A stretch of 64,000 nt of DNA. It comes from Eledone cirrhosa (Eukaryota). Position 1 is the first letter of the stretch. Each line of letters starts with the position of its first letter. The translations under genes were made by a program, and so were the position numbers. The stretch lies in assembly GCA_964016885.1 (NCBI GenBank), contig OZ024742.1, positions 321,222,001 to 321,286,000 on the forward strand, given 5' to 3'. The notes under the pieces are model-generated. The model saw only the letters and a list, made by a program, of their open reading frames with translations, was not told where the DNA came from and did not search any database. Positions 13,354 to 27,589 of this stretch are shown one piece after another.

Positions 13354-13477
13354 CCTACTCGTTCCTATTACCCACTCTACTACCCTAAGTATTGAGTACT
13401 TTGGTGCGTTATGGTCCACCTGGTTCCTTACCACATTTCCTCCGTTATATATATATATAGATGTATATATGTACACG

Positions 13478-13560
13478 TACATACATACATACATACATAC
13501 ATACATACATACATACATACATACATACATACATACATACATACATACATACATACATAC
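13478..13560. repeat. (TACA)n microsatellite
   Basis: Direct reading. Confidence 0.95.
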
Positions 13561-13569
13561 CACCTCATT

Positions 13570-13660
13570 GCGGGCTCTGAGTTCAAATCCGGCCGGGGTC
13601 AACTTTGTCTTTCACCATTTCGAGGTCAATAAAAAAAAGTATCAGTCCAGAACTGGGTTC
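13570..13660 (+). mobile_element. SINE fragment
   Basis: GAGTTCAAATCC B-box plus core. Confidence 0.7.
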
Positions 13661-14193
13661 GAATCCTCCTCTATAGAAAAGAATCGGCGGTGTTCAGACC
13701 TGGAGAGGGTTGGGCTCCGCCAGGTTTAAATGTTCCCTATACATGCCGTATGACGGTGCCTCTACGACTCCACAAGGACTTTAGGGATCATATATATATA
13801 TATATACGTGTGTGTGTGTGTGTGTGTGGAACCTTAACGTAATTCTCAGCGAAATTTCGTGTAACGCAGATTGTGATAATGCTGGCCCTTTGAATTACAC
13901 GTTTAGATGTCCGACGGACATCTAAACAGTTATTATCCAGGCAATTTCACTCACAAGGCTATTGTACATGACGTTTACCCAAGATCAAAACTTCTTCGAG
14001 TTGCATTCTAGGAAGTAACATAACCTGAGAATGTGGATTGAAACTTAAGTAATTACATAATTGTAGTATTCTGGTGAACTCACAAAAACTGGTTCCTGCA
14101 TTCTTCGTTAAAATATGGTTGAAGGTATATTTTTATTATAGTTGTTCCAATTGTCACTGAAACTTGTAAAAAAAATATATATATATATATAAA

Positions 14194-14288
14194 CAAGGTG
14201 ACCCAAAAGATGTATACACACTTTGATTACCTATACAGGCAATATTAGAATGCTGTTGAAGTGTGTATACATTTGGGAGGATATCCTG
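14194..14288. mobile_element. ~95-bp Tc1/mariner-type MITE (decayed)
   Basis: Imperfect TIRs CA.GGTG.CCCAAAA.ATGTATACAC; reverse-complement homologue at 27395-27491. Confidence 0.6.
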
Positions 14289-14522
14289 TATATATATATA
14301 TATATATTTCGTTTCTGAATTTGTTTAGCAAGATTCTTTATCTGAAATCGTGTGTTGAAACCGATATTGTTATACTTTGGGAGGGTCATGTTGCCAATAA
14401 GAAACACACGCACCAGTTGCTTTCACTTCAATTTAATTTATTATATATTTATAAATTTACAAATTTATAAATTTCTGGTTGGTTGGTTGGTTCCACAACC
14501 AGATAGTTGTTTATATATATAT

Positions 14523-14567
14523 AGTCATAGTTCTTTCGTCACACACTCTGTGACCTCTTCAGTGACT
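14523..14567 (-). ncRNA. Hammerhead ribozyme (mirror of 14681-14725)
   Basis: Exact reverse complement. Confidence 0.8.
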
Positions 14568-14680
14568 GGGGATTTCTTTCTTCGTTTCTGTGCCTTTCCT
14601 TTCTTCTATCCTACGCCATTTTTCAAAAATGGCGTAGGATAGAAGAAAGGAAAGGCACAGAAACGAAGAAAGAAATCCCC

Positions 14681-14725
14681 AGTCACTGAAGAGGTCACAG
14701 AGTGTGTGACGAAAGAACTATGACT
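14681..14725 (+). ncRNA. Minimal hammerhead ribozyme
   Basis: AGUCA-CUGAAGA-G-GUCACA(GAGUG)UGUGAC-GAAA-GAAC-UA^UGACU. Confidence 0.85.
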
Positions 14726-14891
14726 ATATATATATAAACAACTATCTGGTTGTGGAACCAACCAACCAGAAATTTATAAATTTGTAAATTTATAAATATA
14801 TAATAAATTAAATTGAAGTGAAAGCAACTGGTGCGTGTGTTTCTTATTGGCAACATGACCCTCCCAAAGTATAACAATATATATATATATT

Positions 14892-15023
<132 letters not shown>

Positions 15024-15027
15024 TGTG

Positions 15028-15058
<31 letters not shown>

Positions 15059-15103
15059 GTATATATATATATGTATATGTATATATATATATACATATAT
15101 ATA

Positions 15104-15171
<68 letters not shown>

Positions 15172-15201
15172 TATATGTATATATATATATACATATATAT
15201 A

Positions 15202-15258
<57 letters not shown>

Positions 15259-15628
15259 ATATATATATATGTATGTGTATACATATATATATGTTATTTG
15301 TATATATATATATATAAATGTATATGTGACATAAAAGGTGACCAAAGTTAGTGGACTCCACTGTATAACTGAAAACCTCTCTGCGATATTGTTTCGGCCG
15401 AGTGGCAATCAGAAGAAGAATTGCAGATATGTGTAGAATATGTCTTTTAAACGTAACCATATCCTGCAAAGCTCTTAGAACCAGACAACAAATGAATGGC
15501 TGTTTCCCGTTTCTAATTACCAGATTCTGTAGACATCTGCTTATCATAAGCCATGCGTCTTGAGTGATTCCACGCTCTAATACACACCGATGACGATAAT
15601 CTTTGAATATGTATAGATACACGCGCAC

Positions 15629-15704
<76 letters not shown>

Positions 15705-15733
15705 CTCTATATATATATATATATACACATCTC

Positions 15734-15810
<77 letters not shown>

Positions 15811-16024
15811 CTCTATATATATATACATATATACATATTATATTATATATATAATTATATATATATATATACATATGTGTGTGTGTATCGATGTATGTAT
15901 ATATCCATACATATATGTGTAAATGGAGGGGCGGGGGAGCTTTTGCGTGGGTGGCTACGTGAGTGATTATTACATTTAAATGTATGTAGTTTGTCTGTAA
16001 AGATAGATATAGGTACATAGCTAC

Positions 16025-16121
<97 letters not shown>

Positions 16122-16195
16122 TACATATATATATGGATTACTGGTGGTGGTACCAACACAACCACTCTATGTACTGGCAGAGTATATAAGTATCT

Positions 16196-16234
<39 letters not shown>

Positions 16235-16240
<6 letters not shown>

Positions 16241-17062
16241 TCAGCGAGAATCGCATTTCGGCGGGTAGAAAAAGCGAAACGAAACGCAAAATTCAGAATT
16301 ATGCTGGCAAGCGTTCCATAGTTAAAAAACAGAGCTAAACAATATGTTAAAACACCATACAAAACTGAAAACGTGGTCAAGAAAGCATTAACCACCTAAG
16401 TGAAAAAGCAAATCAAGCTAAACAGGTCAAAACAAAATAAATGATTAAAAAAACAGACCTGGACCCATTGGAATTGATGGTAAAATCCAAATGCAGGGTT
16501 TCTATGACACCTAAATCAATAATACCGTCTGCTTAAAATTATAAGCTTTAGGTATAATGACCGAACAAGGAATATCACGTTATCAACAGGTATTTTGCTC
16601 TGTACCAAATTTGTGAATGACACTGATTTTCGTAAAAGCACATGTGTAATTCAAGGGGAAAAACCCCAGATTTTGGCAAATGAATTCAGTATGTGTATAT
16701 CATGCAAAAAATTGCATAAATAGCACAAATCGAATAAGCACTCAACCAGGTAGTTTTTTTAAATAAACTTATGCAATTAATCTGTCAATAAAATTATTAA
16801 CAGGTTAATTGTAAGACTCGGGAGATTAATACAAATATAAATTCAGCGAGAATCGCATTTCGGCGGATAGAAAAAGCGAAACGAAACGCAAGAATCAGGA
16901 TTATGCTGGCAAGCGCTCCATAGTTAAAAAAAAACAGAGCTAAACAATATGTTAAAACGCCATACAAAACTGAAAACGTAGTCAAGAAAGCATCAACCAC
17001 CTAAGCCAAAAAGCAAATAAAGCTAAACAGGTCAAAACAAAATAAATGATAAAAAAAACAGA

Positions 17063-17065
<3 letters not shown>
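16235..17065 (-). mobile_element. Non-coding element with ~228-bp terminal direct repeats (16235-16460 and 16837-17065) in (TA)n
   Basis: Direct repeats readable by eye; end motif shared with ~42812-43000. Confidence 0.75.
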
Positions 17066-17155
<90 letters not shown>

Positions 17156-17159
<4 letters not shown>

Positions 17160-17361
17160 GTAGGTTATCAGAAGAGGGATGTGCTGATCACATTATGGTC
17201 CGTCGGTTGTGAAGCAGATACAAAGAAGCGCTCAACGACCTGTATAAATGGTACAAGACGGAGCATTATTTTAGGTTTTGCCGTCTGAAGAGCTCAGGCT
17301 TTCTAAACTGATAGTCCTCAGTGAAATATTTATAACGGAGATTTAAATAAATCTGAACTAA

Positions 17362-17365
<4 letters not shown>
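17156..17365. mobile_element. Short head-to-head HHR element in (TA)n
   Basis: Tail hairpin on the minus strand at 17230-17264, HHR on the plus strand. Confidence 0.65.
17281..17338 (+). ncRNA. Hammerhead ribozyme
   Basis: CCGU-CUGAAGA-GCUCAGGCU...AGUCCUCAGU-GAAA-UAUUUA-UA^ACGG. Confidence 0.75.
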
Positions 17366-17420
<55 letters not shown>

Positions 17421-17610
17421 CATCATCATCATCATCATCACCATTTTAAGTCCATTTCTCCACCAGGTTGTCCTATTTTGAGGGCAATGTTAGAGCTGAT
17501 GACCATGTCTTGCTCATACAGAACGGGTTTGGGCTTGGTTTCTACTGCTGGATGCCCTTCCTAATTGACACACACACACACACACATACACACACATATA
17601 TATATATATA

Positions 17611-17814
17611 GTGGTAAAACACTGGAAGCTAATATCTGTAGTGGTTGAGCACTCAGTCCATGGGACGAGTTAGGTAGAAGTGGTTACACTACACAACAGT
17701 TAGTTCACCATACCGAGAACAATTGTTTCACCTTAGCGGATCCTCAGCATTACGAGGATCCGCTAAGGTGAAACAATTGTTCTCGGTATGGTGAACTAAC
17801 TGTTGTGTAACCAC

Positions 17815-17819
<5 letters not shown>
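17611..17819 (-). mobile_element. Head-to-head HHR element: tail 17611-17674, arms 17675-17745 and 17755-17819
   Basis: Inverted arms; minus strand CUGAGGA-UCC(GCUAA)GGU-GAAACAAUUGUU at ~17715-17747 (stem I weak). Confidence 0.8.
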
Positions 17820-17877
<58 letters not shown>

Positions 17878-18179
17878 CTCTTTTACCTGTTCCAGCCATC
17901 CGGCTGAGGCCATCCTGGGGCACTGCCCTTGTATATATATATATATATGTATAGACATGGCCTGGCCGAATCCTATCAAAGTTATCAAAGTTATATATAT
18001 ATTGTTTACATGTCTCGCTCGCTTCACCCTATTTTACTTGTCCCAATAACTTTCTTTAGTTATTGCTCGCACCAACCAGAGGTATATGATTTTTAAAGCG
18101 ATGAAAAACCAATGAAGGTTGGAAGATCACTGATGAAGGACTAATTTTATTCATATGTAACCCATGTGCAACCACGCAG

Positions 18180-18220
<41 letters not shown>

Positions 18221-18682
18221 CTTAGGCACACACGTACATATAGATATAGATGTACATACATACATATAAGTACAATTATACATAAATACATACATACTGC
18301 AGACAAACAGTCTGGTAGATAGATTGATAGGTAGATAGATAGATAGATAGATATATAGATAGATAGATAGATAGATAGAAAGAGAGGGGGGGATAGGTGA
18401 CTTTGTAGATCCGATAATATCACTCACATCCAATCAAAATGCTTTAAATATATCTTGCTAAAAAATAGCCGTTCCACCCCACCCCTTATTGTAGAAGTGA
18501 AAAAGCAAGAAAACAAAAGCAAAATTTATAATAAAAAGAATTTAAATTCAATGACGAACTATTCATGTATTCCTTTCGTCTGCTCAGTCATGTCCTGAGA
18601 AGAGAGACAAAAGAGGTAAAGAGACAAGGGGCGGTAATCTGTTGTTATAAAATACGTGTTTTTGATGTATTTCAAAAAGAGG

Positions 18683-18784
18683 ATAGTAAAGATAAAGTGA
18701 GATAATAATGACAATGATATATACATATATATGTATATATATATATATATCATTGTCATTATTATCTCACTTTATCTTTACTAT
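18683..18784. repeat. Inverted repeat (~38-bp arms) around a (TA)n spacer
   Basis: ATAGTAAAGATAAAGTGAGATAATAATGACAATGAT and its reverse complement. Confidence 0.85.
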
Positions 18785-18890
18785 ATATATATATATACAC
18801 ATATATATATATATATATACATATATATATACACATATATATACATATATATATACATATATATATATACATATATATATACATACATAT

Positions 18891-18949
<59 letters not shown>

Positions 18950-18980
18950 AATATATATATATACAAATATATATATACAC

Positions 18981-19035
<55 letters not shown>

Positions 19036-19065
19036 CATACATACATACATACATACATACATACA

Positions 19066-19101
<36 letters not shown>

Positions 19102-19347
19102 TATGATTAAATTCGTTGGTGGCCGGTGTTTTCAGAGATGACACAGAACTGGGTGAGGCTTAGCTTATATAGAATCGAAATTAAAATAGGGATATTTCGT
19201 TGATATTTAATTGAGGTTCTTAAAATAGTAGTTTGGGCATGGCTAAACGGTACACGTCGGTTACGTCTTTGTGGATTGACATACGTTGGTGTGTATATGG
19301 ATGTATAATAGATAATGTAATATATATATGCGTGTGTGTGTGTTCAA

Positions 19348-19458
<111 letters not shown>

Positions 19459-19484
19459 TAATAATAATATATATATATATAATT

Positions 19485-19540
<56 letters not shown>

Positions 19541-19564
19541 TAATAATAATATATATATATAATT

Positions 19565-19773
<209 letters not shown>

Positions 19774-20546
19774 ATGTATATGTATACATACATATCAAAT
19801 GTCAATGGAAATACATATGTAGGTGTGTTTTTATTTCTTTTTGTTGTGATTTGTTTGTGGTTTTTGTTTTAGTATTCCTGTGTCTCTCAATAGATAGTTT
19901 AACTATCTCCGTATGTGTTCATGCGTATATCGTGGCGGAGTCGTCAAATCATTAGATAGAATAAGTCGTAATTCTCTTGACTCTCATTTCAAATCCCATT
20001 CACCTCTATTCTGCTTTTCATTTTTTCAGTGCAGACAATATAAAGTACTTGTCCAGTACAGGAGCAGTCTCTCTCTCTTTCTCTCTCTCCAGTTTTCTGG
20101 ATAGTGCTGGAGAGTCACAGAAGGATTGTGTGCTAACGGCCATGTAGGTACTTAAAACCGTTAGTAAAAGAATCGAAAAGATCTTAATACAGACAAACAC
20201 ACACACATGTATATATATATATATATATTTGGATTTGCAGAAAGCTAGCACTGATGTTGTGTGCTGTATGTGATGTATATCGTGTGCTATACGATATGCA
20301 TTATATATTCCATTCGGTCCCAGCGTTCTGTCCAGGTCAGTCTAAAATCTTTTCCTGAGTCCTGTATTTTCGTTGCTGTGGTAATGCGGCCGGACTGCCG
20401 ATCGCTGTATTTGATTTGCTAAGCCGTCTAAACGTATTGTTATTACTCTGGGGTACTATTCCCATTCGAGTGCTAAAGCTACATACCGAATTTGCATTCG
20501 TTAGCTTGGCCGCAAACTAAAGCTTCGTTAGTGCTGTACTAAATGT

Positions 20547-20602
<56 letters not shown>

Positions 20603-20717
20603 TGTAATAAACAACATAAGACAATTATTGCCTTTAACAAAGGTTTCACGAACACAGACGAGCGCCACACAGACGTCTGAAATCGCTCATCCTTTCCTCT
20701 ACCTTTCCTACGGAAAC

Positions 20718-20777
<60 letters not shown>

Positions 20778-20816
20778 TGGCAGAGATGTTAGGGTCTTCA
20801 TTACATTTATTGTGGT

Positions 20817-20883
20817 GTGACGCACGTTTCGCGATTGATCAGTATCGATCGGGCCCGACTCTGGAATCAAAAGCTCATCGGAC
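20817..20883 (-). ncRNA. Hammerhead-like motif, CCGAUGA core variant
   Basis: GU-CCGAUGA-GC..UUGAU...AUCAA..GC-GAAA-CGUGCG-UC^AC, in a short insert between TA tracts. Confidence 0.5.
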
Positions 20884-20897
20884 TTTTGCTACGGTAA

Positions 20898-20979
<82 letters not shown>

Positions 20980-21158
20980 TTATATATATATATATTTATA
21001 TATATTTATATATATATATTTATATATATATATTTATATATATTTATATATATATATTTATATATATATATTTATATATATATATATTTATATATATTTA
21101 TATATATATATATTTATATATATTTATATATATATTTATATATATATATATTTATATA

Positions 21159-21204
<46 letters not shown>

Positions 21205-21384
21205 TATATATATATATATTTATATATATTTATATATATATATTTATATATATTTATATATATTTATATATATATATGTATATATTTATATATATTTATA
21301 TATATATATATTTATATATATTTATATATATATTTATATATATATGTATATATTTATATATATTTATATATATATATATATATT

Positions 21385-21474
<90 letters not shown>

Positions 21475-21619
21475 TATTATATATATGTATATATGTATGC
21501 GTGTGTGTGTGTGTATTTGTTCTATGGCTATATATATATATTATTACATATACATATACTACTTTTATCGAGTCCTCTCTGGATTTTTTACTTTTATTAT
21601 TATTAATATACATATATAT

Positions 21620-21725
21620 CGAGGTTAACTTTGCCTTTCATCCATACGTGGTCGATAAACTAAAGTACCAGTAATGCACTGGGATAATTACTGGCCTTGT
21701 GCCAAAAGTAGAAACAACTATTATT
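21620..21725 (+). mobile_element. SINE 3' part
   Basis: Core plus GGCCTTGTGCCAAAAGTAGAAAC tail. Confidence 0.85.
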
Positions 21726-21982
21726 AATACACACACACACGCACACGCACACATGCTTACGCACGTGTTCAAGTATAGCTCTTTTTACAAAACGTTTTTT
21801 TTTCCATTTCAAGTAGACGTCTGCCATCATCCACTTTTCTAAAAAACAAATCATACACAAAACGCCAGCACCAACAATTTTGCAAGAGATGTCAACATGA
21901 ATGGACCTGTTATTTTTATCTAAAGTCATTTTTTCCAATTCCATCCCGCCCGTCCCCTTAATCTATTTTATTTCTCATTTTT

Positions 21983-22018
21983 TCTTCTGATGAAGGACCA
22001 GCGTCCGAAACGTTAAGA
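21983..22018 (+). ncRNA. Minimal hammerhead ribozyme of Penelope type
   Basis: UCUU-CUGAUGA-A-GGAC(CAGC)GUCC-GAAACGUU^AAGA; palindromic stem III AACGUU. Confidence 0.85.
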
Positions 22019-22112
22019 CCTTCTTCCTGCTATATCAAGCGTTAACCTAATATATACCTTCCATATACTGTACCGATTGTGCTGTTATTTCTGTTTACCT
22101 TTTACATATATA

Positions 22113-22150
<38 letters not shown>

Positions 22151-22304
22151 ATACTATTTATAGTTATGTATATACTATAAACAACTATAAACAGGAAGGG
22201 TCAGTAATTTCCTACTACCTTATTACCAGTAAGAACATCAGTTGTTTTACAGAGCAGGAAAATAAATTAGACAATTATCAAAGTTCTGTTCAAGTCATTT
22301 AATA

Positions 22305-22349
22305 GCTGACAATCGTTTCTTCCAAACTTTCGTTTGGAATCATCGAAGC
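22305..22349 (-). ncRNA. Hammerhead-like motif (core UCGAUGA) in an old PLE-like remnant ~22150-23280
   Basis: GCU-UCGAUGA-UUCCAAAC(GAAA)GUUUGGAA-GAAA-CGAUUG-UC^AGC. Confidence 0.6.
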
Positions 22350-25054
22350 ATTATCAATGTGTGTACATATAATTAACCTCCTATTCAACTGAACAATCAT
22401 ATAGATACATCAATATTGATGTTGTGAGCAACAGTTTCGTATTTACAGGGTGTAATGGATGCGACATATATTATACGAGAATTGTACAAAAATTCAAATT
22501 CAAATTAAAACCATAGAGTGGAATACATGCGACAGATAATACAAGAGAATACTCTAATAATTAAAGAGGCATTAAGAAAGAAGCATTGAGAAAGAATGAG
22601 TACATTAGCAGTACATATGCAAGCGTGTAGTTAGTCATATATATGAGAAGGAAATAAGCAAAGGTATTATGCATATATAGATAAATAAATAAATAAATAC
22701 TGTATGGCAAGCAAATGTGTAAATGTATGAGAGTTTATGGCGGATGTAATATGATTATAGTGTTAAAATTTGTGTGTGTTGAGAAAATCAAATTTGTCTG
22801 TGTTGAGAAAATCAAAGTCTTTTTCATTACTTATGTTAAATTATATTTTAGTTAATGTTTATATTGAATGTTTTAAGTTAGTTACAGCAATTGATTGTAA
22901 ATTGGTCTTATTATATTCTCATTCATGGATTAGAGTTGTTCAACAGGTAGTTTTTCCAACGGTTTAATTTCCAGAAGTGAGTATGAGATCCAAGAATAAG
23001 GGGAGCTAATGCGTAAGGGGAGGTAACTAGCTAATTAAATTCAATTATTTAAATTCTTTGCTCTAATACACATTATATTGTGATACAAGTGAATATCTAT
23101 TACATAATGTTATATATTTAAACTTAATTTTAAATACAGTCTATTTTCCTATAATACATTAAAGGTCTCATTAGATTGTTATCTATCCATTACTGGACAA
23201 GATATATGTTATGGAAAAATGTACAGCTGTTTACATGTCCAAATAGTTAGAACATGTGTGTAATAATATGTAAAATTCCAGAGTAGACACAAAGATACAT
23301 ATATATATGTGGGGGGAGGGGCGTGTGTGTGTGCATGCATTTCTTTTCCCATGTATACATTTTTTCAAAAGAATCAAAGTTTTATTTTTGCTTTTGGCAT
23401 AACGCGTCGCACAACTGTATCTTCGTCTGTATCCTCATCTTGCCAACAGTTGCGTTTTAACAAGAAGTGTTCCAGATTGTTAATCAACGGAACAGCCTGC
23501 TTGTAGAATCGACGCGCAAGTCACTGGGCATTCCGCAAACACTTCTGCCCTTAACGCAACTCTTAGGAATATTCAACGTGACACAGTGTGACAAGGCTAG
23601 TCCTTTGAAATTCAGTTGCAACTCATTTTTGGCAGGTCAGTAAACTGGATAAATTGAAGCAAAGTATTTGGCTCAAGAACACAAAGCGCACTTTCGCATA
23701 GGCCGATAGTATCAGCAATTGAAAGACCAATAGAAACATAGTTTTCCTTAGTCAGAACTGATGATCAGCTGTTTTCTTTTCATTAATGTTGAAGTCCTAA
23801 CTATTTTCTCTGAAAGACATCTCTCACTTTTCTTCAAAGAAAGGAAGGCAGGGTAGTGCTGATGATTTTTTCGGGGCTTCCAAGACAGATGAAGGAAGGG
23901 GGCAAAGTTAGTGCTCAGGACCCTTTTCAGTGCCTCAAAAACTGGTGTGAGGAAAGGAGGAATCCTGACCCGATCTTATGCAAAGAACGAGCTTAGCATT
24001 GGTGTTAAAATTGCGTCCGATTAACTCTATAACTAAAAAAACAGACAGGAACAGTGGTCCCTGTTACTCAATTTTGATCTGGGATACTTTAAGTAAAGCT
24101 TCTTAAAAATAAAAAAATAAACAGAAATACATATTTATGAAGAAAACCCGATATGTGATGTACAAGTTTGATGATATTCATTTCAACAGTGGCGGCATAT
24201 TTTTCGTTGAGTAGGCGATAACTATTCACAGGCAGAGGACGGTTAAAAATGAAAGAAGAAAAAAAAAAAAAGAAAAAAGAATTACAGTGTTAACCAGATA
24301 GGAAATCGTTTGTGGGATTTTAATTATACTATTGATATATTCACGTATTTATTACATTCTTTAAAGTTTGTCCGACAAAGGCAAGCGAAGAAAGTAAGTT
24401 CCCTCATTGAAATTAACACAACAAAGACCTTCAACTATACACTGGAGTTAGAAAGCTTTATGTTTGTTCTCTTTTAGTATGAACAGTGAAAAGAAAATAA
24501 CTCGGAAATCGCTAGATGTTTTTTTCACTGAGAAAGTCAACTGTTACGTGTGTGTGTGTCTGTGTGTATTCATGTGTGTGCCTGTGTTTTTGTGCGCATT
24601 TACGCATGTATGTATGATATGCATAAATACACACACAAACACACACACACACACATATATATATTTATATATATGGGGGTGTATGTATGCAATGTATATA
24701 TGTATATAAGTATATATGTACATATGTCTAGGTGTTGATATATAAATACATAGGTAGCTGGGTTAGGGTTCTAAAACCTTGTGTATTGCCCACGCCCAGA
24801 GATATATGAAGGCTTCTGTGTTGAGATATCATAACAAGTCCATATTTTATTATAGTGTAAATGGCTGAGTATTCCACAAACAGGGGAGATAAAGCTGACA
24901 GAGCTCTGTTTGCTGAAAATTTAAAGTAAGTGAGACTGTCACTACTCTAAAACAATAGCGTAAGGTCTTCGAAATGCTTCTAATTAAGCATACAGTGTAT
25001 TGCAAAATACACTATATATACATTCATATATATATCGCTATTTCAGAGCACCAA

Positions 25055-25131
<77 letters not shown>

Positions 25132-25284
25132 CTGAGTATTTATATATATATATATATTCTGTTTCTATCTCCCGCTGGAGGACAAAAGCATCCGAACTCT
25201 ATTAACTCTTAAACTGATATACCATTATTTTATTGTATTATTCTCTTATATTTTTTTCTTGTTGAGTTCTTTATACACACACAA

Positions 25285-25371
<87 letters not shown>

Positions 25372-25376
<5 letters not shown>

Positions 25377-25488
25377 GGAGCTTCTACAGGACTAGTACTG
25401 TTTCATTCAGATGAAATCTTCAGGAAGCTCTGCCATGTATTGAGTACCTTACTTACTGTGGTTATCCCCGACTCAACCCGGGACCTAC
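25372..25488. mobile_element. 117-bp head-to-head insertion: HHR arm (minus) joined to a tail-only arm (plus)
   Basis: Same family as 44922-45126; junction microhomology CTC. Confidence 0.8.
25378..25430 (-). ncRNA. Hammerhead ribozyme
   Basis: GAGCUUC-CUGAAGA-U-UUCA(UC)UGAA-U-GAAA-CAG(UACUAGUC)CUG-UA^GAAGCUC. Confidence 0.85.
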
Positions 25489-25522
<34 letters not shown>

Positions 25523-26133
25523 TCATCATCATCATCATCATCAACAACAATATCATTATTCAGCGTCTTTTTTCCCTGATAGAAAGGGCTGGGGGTACTA
25601 AATTGGAGATACTCTCTTTCAAAAAATCCGGGGAAGATTTTGTTGGCGCATATCGCTTACATACGTTCCCACGGTCGCGGACTCTAAAGATTGCTCCGAA
25701 AGCATGTTATCGTGGCACCAGCACTAGAGAGGTTGTATTTGTCTTTGACACAACTGAAGAATCCTCTCGACCCTCTGTTTGGCATGTTTTCTACACCAAC
25801 CACCTTACAGGGCATACTTGGTGCATTTTCGTGTCACCAACGCTAGAGAGGTTGTCATATCATGACTGAAATGTCGTCTCAGTTCCTTTGGTGAGTCCTC
25901 ATATATGCTTGCACATCTAGAGTACATGATATATTTAGAAAAAATAGAACAGAGTAAAAGAACTAGAGATTGTAGGTTCCGATGCCGTCCATACTGGCCC
26001 CACTCTCCTAAACTTATCTTCTAATTTTCGTGGGTGATATTAGCGGGGGCATTTATTACAGTTGTTGCTCTTGTAGTCATTTTTCATTTGTTGCAAATGT
26101 GTGTGTGTGTATGTATGTGTGTGTGTGTGCGTA

Positions 26134-26174
<41 letters not shown>

Positions 26175-26976
26175 GTGTGTGTGTGTGTGTGTGTTGGAAG
26201 AGTACACGTGTCGGTGGAATAATCATCCACTTACATATTAATTCTGTTGATCAAACGAACAATGCAATTATCATCAAAACTAACAGTGTCCAGACCATTC
26301 CTTCCCATTCGCATGTGTGTGTGTGCGCGCGCGCCTGGGTGAGTGTGCGTGTGGGTGAGTGTGCGTGGGGAGACACGTGTCAGTGGAAAGCTCAGCCACT
26401 TACACGTTAATTTCACCGAACAATTGGAACACTCATCATCGAGGAAACCACCAGCTAAATATTCCATTGCGTTCATTCGTCTGTGTGACTGCGTAGTTGT
26501 TTATGTAAGTCTGTACGTGTGTACGTGTGTACGTGTGTACATGTCTGTATGCGTGGGGATGGTTTACACGTGCCTGTGAAATGCTCAGTCACTTACACAT
26601 TAATTTCACGAGCTGTATTTCACAAGTTGTACTCTTGATCCAACAACTGGAACCCTCGTCATCCAAGAAACCCTCAAAGATCCATTCCATTTATGTATGT
26701 GTATATATGTATACATGTATATATGTTACTAAACGGTGGTGATTACGTGATTAAAATACTGTACCTTCTCCCAAGCCCTACCTCGCCTTCAGTTAATAGC
26801 AAGAAAGACAAGTCTTTAATTTCAGTTTAATTACTCCCACACTTTCAGCACATCCGTTTGTCTGCTGTGCAAGAAACTAGGTTGATGATTCTTTAATCTC
26901 TCAGCCATCAGGGATTTCAATTAATTCCAATAGACAGACCATGTAAACTATGTCTCTGTACATATATATGTATAAT

Positions 26977-27036
<60 letters not shown>

Positions 27037-27129
27037 TAAATATATATATATATACATATACATATAGATATACATATATATACATATATATATATATACA
27101 TACATATATATATACATACATATATATAA

Positions 27130-27393
<264 letters not shown>

Positions 27394-27394
27394 A

Positions 27395-27491
27395 CAGGTG
27401 TCCCAAAAATGTATACACACATCAACAGCATTCTAATAAATATAACCTGTACAGGTAATCAAAGTGTGTATGCATTTTTGGGGACACCCTG
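27395..27491. mobile_element. Tc1/mariner-type MITE
   Basis: TIRs CAGG(G)TGTCCCAAAAATG.ATACAC, preceded by TA, in a TA tract. Confidence 0.7.
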
Positions 27492-27501
27492 TATTTATAT
27501 A

Positions 27502-27588
<87 letters not shown>

Positions 27589-27589
27589 T

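Larger units (their letters stand above)
11228..13446 (+). mobile_element. 5'-truncated Penelope-like element (family A, Neptune-type) with inverted 5' arm
   Basis: GIY-YIG coding end, long 3' region, HHR and tail ending CCGTT(AT)n; 11228-11730 is the reverse complement of ~12866-13367. Confidence 0.9.
14307..14880. mobile_element. 517-bp near-perfect palindrome (14364-14880, centre 14624) plus tail 14307-14363; HHR-bearing PLE end
   Basis: Arms differ only by one GGTT unit; related ends at ~40348-40400 and ~41845-41914. Confidence 0.9.

Noticed and set aside
23700-24540. Possible host exon in unique-looking sequence
   Set aside because: No sustained ORF, recognisable motif or convincing splice pair
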